Of a DNA stretch of 64,000 nt, positions 58,661-64,000 are shown piece after piece (position 1 is the stretch's first letter; each line of letters begins with the position of its first letter). The DNA comes from Planctomycetota bacterium (lineage in GTDB: Bacteria > Planctomycetota > UBA1135 > UBA2386): assembly GCA_947501605.1 (NCBI GenBank), contig CANMWZ010000023.1, positions 1 through 64,000 on the forward strand, read 5' to 3'. Made by a program: the position numbers and the translations under genes. A model generated the notes under the pieces. That model was not told where the DNA came from, made no database searches, and saw only the letters and a list, made by a program, of their open reading frames with translations.

Positions 58661-60322
58661 GTGCAACTGGAGAAGATCGCTACACCTCAGGAAGACTCGA
58701 CCCCCGAGCTCCGCTATGCGTCGCTACATCGCGCTGTCGAGCGCGGCATGGCGTCCCAGGAAGTCCTGCGCGAGTTGGCGGAGATCTGCCTGCAGCTCGG
58801 CCATGTCGACGAGGCTGTCCGCGTCCATGCGGGCATGAAGCCCGGTCCGCTGCGCGACCACATCGCCTCGCGACTGTCGCGAAAGGGCCTGATGGAGCAT
58901 CAAGCCGGTGCTCGAGCTCTGGATCGTCCACCTGGCGACGAGGGCGAAGACGGGCACCCATCGGTCCATGAACACGCGCTCGACAGCGTCCAGTACCTGA
59001 CCCAGGGCTACATGCCTGCGGTCGCGCTGGCGACCATGTTGGCGTTTCCGCTCGTCGTCGGCATCGGCGGCGTGTTGACCAGCGGCGCTTCGCCTTGGGC
59101 CTTTGCGGCCCTCGCGGCGCCTCCTGGCCTCTGCGTGCTCGGCATCGTTGGCGCGATGGCGCGCCAGGTGTTCGTGCGCAGTGCGGAAGGCGAAGAGGAT
59201 GTGCCACCGATCCCGGCGCCGCCGGAGATGGCGCAGCTCGCCAAGCGCTGGTTGACCGATCAGTCGATCGTGCTGTCGATCCTGATCGCACCATCGATCT
59301 TGCTGCTGGCCCTCGGTGCGCCGCTGCTCTCGATTCTTCCGGGCTTGCTGCTCGGCATGTTCTTCACGCCGATCGCGACGATCCTCCGGCAGATGCGCGG
59401 CGACATGCGCGCACTGTCGCCAGTCGCGATGGTCCGGGCCATCGGCTGCTGCCGCGGCTACACGCGGGTGGCGGCTCTCTACTGGGCCTTCTTTGCGCCG
59501 GCCTCCCTGGCCTTCCTTGGGTCGATGGGGCATGCACCTTGGTTGCAGATGGCAATCGTCGGCCCGCTCGCGGTGCTGCCGGCCTTCGTGACCGCGCGGA
59601 TGCTTGGCACCTTTACTGAAGCCCATCGTCAACGCCTGGGCCTGTTGCTGCAGACCAGCGGATTCGCTGCGGTAAGTGGAACTGCGCGCAAGGCTCCCGG
59701 CGTCGCGCGAGCGGGGATCCCGGCCGCGTCGGTAGCGCCGGTGATTCAGCGCCCAACTGGCGCGTCGCCACACACGCCGCTGCAAGTTCCGCAACACACG
59801 CCGCTGCAACGCCGCCCGGTAGCGCCGGCAGCGAAAGCGCCGAAGCCAACTGTGGCCAAAGCAAAGCAGTCTTCGGCTCCCGCGACTCCGCCGGCCCGAG
59901 GCACTCGCACGCCAGCTACAGCTGTCCCGCCGGCGCAGATGCCGAAGAAGCCCGAGGAACTCGTTCGTCGTCAAGCCGACTCGACGCCAGCTCCTGGCAG
60001 CATCGTTCGTGGCATGCAACCGTCGGACTGGGCGCAGAGGCCCGCAGCCCCGCGGGCTCAACCAGCCGCGACCGCGCCAGTTCGCAAGCCGGCAGCACCT
60101 CCTGCCCCTGCACCTCGGACCAAGCCCGCGCCGGCAGCGCAGATCGAAGGCCGCGCGCCGCGAGCCCCGAAGGCCCCGGCAAGACCTGCGGCTCCCGCGG
60201 CACCGGTCTCGTCCGATGTCGAAACGCCGCTCGGCGGCCCGGATCTCTCGGGCATTCCTGGCGCGACGATCATCACCGGCGAGGACCGCGAGCGCCTCGG
60301 CGCCGCGTCGCGCAAGACGTGA
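58661..60322 (+). CDS. Multi-pass membrane protein with a long Pro/Ala-rich C-terminal tail
   Basis: AAGGAG RBS before GTG; short helical N-terminus, about 6 TM and a disordered tail. Confidence 0.75.
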   Translation: MQLEKIATPQEDSTPELRYASLHRAVERGMASQEVLRELAEICLQLGHVDEAVRVHAGMKPGPLRDHIASRLSRKGLMEHQAGARALDRPPGDEGEDGHPSVHEHALDSVQYLTQGYMPAVALATMLAFPLVVGIGGVLTSGASPWAFAALAAPPGLCVLGIVGAMARQVFVRSAEGEEDVPPIPAPPEMAQLAKRWLTDQSIVLSILIAPSILLLALGAPLLSILPGLLLGMFFTPIATILRQMRGDMRALSPVAMVRAIGCCRGYTRVAALYWAFFAPASLAFLGSMGHAPWLQMAIVGPLAVLPAFVTARMLGTFTEAHRQRLGLLLQTSGFAAVSGTARKAPGVARAGIPAASVAPVIQRPTGASPHTPLQVPQHTPLQRRPVAPAAKAPKPTVAKAKQSSAPATPPARGTRTPATAVPPAQMPKKPEELVRRQADSTPAPGSIVRGMQPSDWAQRPAAPRAQPAATAPVRKPAAPPAPAPRTKPAPAAQIEGRAPRAPKAPARPAAPAAPVSSDVETPLGGPDLSGIPGATIITGEDRERLGAASRKT

Positions 60323-60385
60323 TCGTGGCGTGCCGGCGGCGTGGCCCACTGCAGCGATGCGTGGGCCCGCTGCGGCCACGCAGGG

Positions 60386-60739
60386 TTACTTGATCTCGGT
60401 CCAGGACCAGCCGGCACCCTCGATCATCAGACTCTGCATGCGTCCGTCGGGCGTGGCGATGCGCAGGTGCTCGAAGCCCGTTCCGGTCCCGCCCCAGGCG
60501 TCGTCGAACCAGAAGGTAACTGCGTCAGCGACGCAGAAGTCGGCGAGGAAGGCGACCGCGGTGGCCAGCGGAATCACCGGCACGACATGCAGCATGCCGT
60601 TCATCCACGGTGCGTTGACGTAGAGCTGGTGGTCCCAGTCGTCCACTGTACGCCGCAACTGGTGCGGGCCGGCGAGGCACGAAACCGGCAGCAGAGTGAC
60701 GAGAGAGAACGCGAGCAGGTTGCGGACGGTCGTGTTCAT
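60386..60739 (-). CDS. DUF3332-like small lipoprotein
   Basis: Signal plus SC.AG..L...DW, PVIP...LADF.V...V.FW. Confidence 0.55.
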   Translation of the reverse strand: MNTTVRNLLAFSLVTLLPVSCLAGPHQLRRTVDDWDHQLYVNAPWMNGMLHVVPVIPLATAVAFLADFCVADAVTFWFDDAWGGTGTGFEHLRIATPDGRMQSLMIEGAGWSWTEIK

Positions 60740-60852
60740 CAGCGAAGAAGGACGCAGCGGAAGCTGTGCAGCCAGGAGCAAGCGCGCCTTGTTTACCCGA
60801 CCGGCGCAGCAGAATCCGTGCGTCCCGCCGGTATCCTGCTCAGCCAAAGATC

Positions 60853-62214
60853 ATGCGCGACAAGGTTCTCATCGGCTACGGCCAGGGCTTCTGGGGCGAC
60901 TCCATCCTCGGCCCTGTGCGTCTCGTTCGCGAAGGCCCGCTCGACTATCTGGCGCTCGACTACCTCGCCGAAGTCACCATGAGCATCATGCAGAAGCAGA
61001 AGGGGCGGAATCCAAAGGCGGGCTACGCCACGGACTTCGTCACCATGCTCGCGCGCGTGCTGCCCGAGGTGCACAGAAAGGGCATCAAGGTCATCGCCAA
61101 CGCCGGCGGCGTGAACCCGGGCGCATGCCTCGACGCCGTGCTCGACCTCGCCAGAAAACAGGGCATCAAGGGCCTGAAGGTCGGCATCATCGAGGGTGAC
61201 GACATCCTGACGCGGATCCCGGATCTGCTGCAGGGCGGCCACCCCCTCGCCAACATGGACGACGGCCGCGCCTTGTCGGCGGTGCAGAGCCAGATCCTGT
61301 CGGCCAACGTCTACATCGGCGCCTTCGCCGTTGCCGAGTGCTTGAAGCAGGGCGCGCAGATCGTGATCGGCGGTCGCCTGACCGATCCGGCGCTGGTCGC
61401 CGGTCCGATGATCCACGAGTTCGGCTGGGGCCCACAGGACTGGAACAAGCTCGCGTCCGGCACGATGGCCGGCCACATCGCCGAGTGCGGCGCGCAGTGC
61501 ACCGGCGGCAACTTCACCGACTGGCGCGCGGTGAAGGACTTCGTGCGCATCGGCTACCCGATCATCGAGGCGAGCCCCGACGGCACGTTCGTCGTGACCA
61601 AGCACGAAGGCACCGGCGGACTGATCAACCGCGAGACGGTGATCTCGCAGTTGCTCTACGAGATGGGCGATCCGAATCGCTACCTGGGCCCTGACTGCAC
61701 CGCCGACTTCACCAGCGCGAAGATCGAGGAAGTCGGCAAGGACCGCGTGCGCCTCTCCGGTATCAAGGGCGGCCCCGCGACCGACACCTACAAGGTCTCG
61801 ATCAGCTACCTGAACGGGTTCAAGGCGGTGGGCCAGCTGACGGTCAGCGGCCCGGACGCGGTCGAGAAGGCCAAGCTCTGCGCCGAGATCGTCTGGGGTC
61901 GACTGGCCCTCGACGGGTGCACGTTCGAAGCGCACGAGAAGATCGTCGAGATCGTCGGCAGCGGCGTCTGCCACGAAGGCGTGGTCAAGGCGAGTAACCC
62001 GCCCGAGGTCGTGCTGCGGATGGGCGTGAAGTGCAGCGACGAGGACAAGGTCGATCGCTTCGGCATGGAGATCGTGCCACTCGTGACCAGCGGCCCGCCC
62101 GGCGTCACCGGCTTTGCCGGCGGCCGCCCCAAGGCAACGGACATCGTCGGCTATTGGCCGGCGCTGCTCAGGAAAGACCAAGTCAAGACGCGCGTGCGCG
62201 TGGAGGAGACGTGA
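60853..62214 (+). CDS. Acyclic terpene utilisation AtuA family (DUF1446) protein
   Basis: GFWGD, DYLAEVTM, NAGGVNP, SANVYIG, GHIAECGAQCTGGNF and QLLYE. Confidence 0.9.
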   Translation: MRDKVLIGYGQGFWGDSILGPVRLVREGPLDYLALDYLAEVTMSIMQKQKGRNPKAGYATDFVTMLARVLPEVHRKGIKVIANAGGVNPGACLDAVLDLARKQGIKGLKVGIIEGDDILTRIPDLLQGGHPLANMDDGRALSAVQSQILSANVYIGAFAVAECLKQGAQIVIGGRLTDPALVAGPMIHEFGWGPQDWNKLASGTMAGHIAECGAQCTGGNFTDWRAVKDFVRIGYPIIEASPDGTFVVTKHEGTGGLINRETVISQLLYEMGDPNRYLGPDCTADFTSAKIEEVGKDRVRLSGIKGGPATDTYKVSISYLNGFKAVGQLTVSGPDAVEKAKLCAEIVWGRLALDGCTFEAHEKIVEIVGSGVCHEGVVKASNPPEVVLRMGVKCSDEDKVDRFGMEIVPLVTSGPPGVTGFAGGRPKATDIVGYWPALLRKDQVKTRVRVEET

Positions 62215-62528
62215 TGGCCAAGGTGAAGCTCGCTTCGTTTGCGTGGGCCCGCAGCGGTGACAAGGGTGACGGCAGCAACGTCGGCATCTTCGTGAAGTCG
62301 AAGGCGGACTACGAACTCATCAAGAAGGCGCTCACGGTCGAGGCGGTGAAGCGTCACTTTCACGGCATCTGCAAGGGCGAGGTCACTCGCTACGAGGCCG
62401 AGAACATGCTGGCCCTCAACTTCCTGCTGCGCGACTCGCTCGGCGGCGGCGGCAGCGAGAGCCTGAAGACCGACGCGCAAGGCAAGACGCACGGGCTCGC
62501 ACTGCTCGAGATTGAAGTCGAGCGATGA
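62214..62528 (+). CDS. AtuA C-terminal-like small protein
   Basis: ARSGDKGD.SNVG and LGGGG..SL..D.QGK. TGATG coupling. Confidence 0.88.
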   Translation: MAKVKLASFAWARSGDKGDGSNVGIFVKSKADYELIKKALTVEAVKRHFHGICKGEVTRYEAENMLALNFLLRDSLGGGGSESLKTDAQGKTHGLALLEIEVER

Positions 62529-62539
62529 GAGCGGAAGCG

Positions 62540-62559
62540 GGGCGGGCTCTTGCCCGCCC
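62540..62559 (+). terminator. GC hairpin after the AtuA-like pair
   Basis: GGGCGGGC-TCTT-GCCCGCCC. Confidence 0.55.
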
Positions 62560-62562
62560 TCC

Positions 62563-62628
62563 AGCGTTCTGAGCTTGAAGCCTTCTGACCTTGAAGCGTT
62601 CCGACCTTGAAGCGTTCCGACCTTGAAG
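62563..62628. repeat. Four tandem 16-bp units (AGCGTTCCGACCTTGA)
   Basis: Units start at 62563, 62579, 62595 and 62611; the last two are identical. Confidence 0.9.
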
Positions 62629-62630
62629 AT

Positions 62631-62647
62631 TGAACACCAAGTGTTCA
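62631..62647. promoter_or_regulatory. Perfect palindrome, candidate operator upstream of pta
   Basis: TGAACAC-CAA-GTGTTCA. Confidence 0.5.
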
Positions 62648-62767
62648 GTTTTCGAGGTGGCAGCCGCACTCACGATCCGCGGCTTCGAGCTGTCGGTGTT
62701 GCACGGACACGACGGCCACGCCCTCCTTGCGAAGCACCACCCACCCAGCGACAGTCCGCACCCGACC

Positions 62768-63685
62768 ATGACCGAATCGCTGATCCTGCAACGCCTGCGC
62801 AACCGCGCGCGCGCTCGTCGTGCCCGCATCGTCCTGCCCGAGGTCCACGATCCGCGCGCGCAGGAAGCCCGTGCGATGCTCGAAGGCGACGGCCTCGCCC
62901 AGGTGGTCTGGGTGGAGGATCCGGCCAGCGACCCGCACTTCAACGAAGTGGCGCAGCACATCTATGCGCGACGGCGCGACAAGGGCGTCGACGCGGTGCA
63001 GGCCGCGAGCCTCGCGAGCGATCCGCTCTACTTCGCTGCGTCCCTCGTGGCGCTGGGTCACGCCGACGGCGCCGTCAGCGGCGCCAGCCACCCGACCGCG
63101 AACGTCATCCGCGCGGGGCTCCATTGCCTCGGCACGCTGGACCATGTTCCGCTCGTGAGTTCGATGTTCTTGATGGTCCGCGGCGACCAAGCAATCAGCT
63201 ATGCCGACTGTGGAGTGGTCCCGGATCCGGACAGTGATCAGCTGGCGACCATTGCGCTGGCGACGGCATTGAACCACCAGAAGTTCACTGGGGAACCGGC
63301 GCGCGTGGCCTTCCTGTCGTTCAGCACGCGGGGCTCGGCGGTGCACACGAAGGTCGACAAGGTGAAGAGCGCGCTGCAGATCTTCCGCGCCCGCAACCCA
63401 CAGATCCTCGCTGACGGCGAACTGCAGTTCGACGCGGCGTGCGTTCCCGAAGTCGCCGCGCGCAAGTCGCCGGACTCGGTGCTCGGCGGCAAGGCCAATG
63501 TGTTCGTGTTCCCGGACCTCGACGCCGGCAACATCGCCTACAAGATCACGGAACGCCTCGGGGGGTTCGTCGCGCTGGGGCCGATTCTGCAGGGGTTGAA
63601 GAAGCCGTTCTTGGATCTATCGCGCGGCTGCTGCGCGGCGGATATCCGGGATGTGGCGGTCGTTGCGAGTGCGATGGGGGTGTGA
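62768..63685 (+). CDS. pta: Phosphate acetyltransferase (short form)
   Basis: [42 protein letters not shown] and DLSRGC. Confidence 0.9.
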   Translation: MTESLILQRLRNRARARRARIVLPEVHDPRAQEARAMLEGDGLAQVVWVEDPASDPHFNEVAQHIYARRRDKGVDAVQAASLASDPLYFAASLVALGHADGAVSGASHPTANVIRAGLHCLGTLDHVPLVSSMFLMVRGDQAISYADCGVVPDPDSDQLATIALATALNHQKFTGEPARVAFLSFSTRGSAVHTKVDKVKSALQIFRARNPQILADGELQFDAACVPEVAARKSPDSVLGGKANVFVFPDLDAGNIAYKITERLGGFVALGPILQGLKKPFLDLSRGCCAADIRDVAVVASAMGV

Positions 63686-63829
63686 ACGGCTCGGCGCATG
63701 ACGTCGACTCATGCGGGTCGGCGCGTGGGCTCTGTTCGGATCACGAGAACGGCGTTCATTCGCTGCCGCAGTGCAGCCGATGCAATCTCGGCCGAAGGGC
63801 GTGAACGCATGAAGGACGGAGGCTCGAGG

Positions 63830-64000
63830 ATGACTGGTCGCTGCACGCGTCTCATCGTGGCTGCTGCAGTGTTCGCGCTCGCGGTCTACGCATGCATTGC
63901 CCTGGGCGGCTCGGCCCAACTCCTCTCGCGCTCGCACGACACGGCAACCGCCACCGAGGCGACATCGCTCTCATCTCAGATGGCGCAACACAAGCTCGGC
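63830..64000 (+). CDS. Possible secreted/membrane protein, truncated by window end
   Basis: MTGRCTRLIVAAAVFALAVYACIALGG, open to the window edge. Confidence 0.35.
   Translation, partial: MTGRCTRLIVAAAVFALAVYACIALGGSAQLLSRSHDTATATEATSLSSQMAQHKLG

Noticed and set aside
59770..59809. Short direct repeats in coding DNA (HTPLQ x2; also AEKPD/AEKPE near 43672-43700)
   Set aside because: In-frame duplications in low-complexity linkers with no sign of independent function.
60853..62528. AtuA split into two ORFs as a frameshifted pseudogene
   Set aside because: Clean TGATG coupling with a GGAGGAG RBS. Two-gene AtuA-like arrangements are common.
62563..62628. Possible CRISPR array
   Set aside because: The 16-bp units are contiguous with no spacers, and there are no cas genes in the window.

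Overview
High-GC bacterial chromosome segment, most likely Planctomycetota. The basis is a DUF1501 gene coupled to a planctomycete cytochrome c/DUF1549/DUF1553 gene. The centre (~20-41 kb) is a flagellar filament and regulation island: a FleS/FleR-like pair, three uncharacterised envelope/TPR genes, a receiver-STAS-like protein, a sensor-less histidine kinase and a second sigma54 activator. Divergent from these are four minimal flagellins (the third broken by one in-frame TAG), flaG, fliD, fliS and a fliT-like gene, followed by a TPR gene and a glycosyltransferase. No basal-body, hook or motor genes are present. The flanks carry housekeeping genes: recN, tRNA-Arg(UCG), ctaA/ctaB/ABC/DUF420, rsmD, moaA, mpaA with peptide permeases, a proline racemase family gene, birA, a DEAD helicase, an AsmA-like gene, nadE, ispH, an AtuA-like pair and pta. 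The most notable signal is a recurring sigma28-like promoter (TCAAG-N15/16-[G/T]CCGAT). It precedes fliC/fliD and also occurs as two back-to-back divergent pairs far from the island (9.7-9.85 kb and 58.5-58.6 kb). Those pairs face a tiny FlgM-like ORF and two secreted proteins that share a C-terminal domain, which suggests an extended sigma28 envelope regulon. All calls are by eye from motifs; no searches were run.
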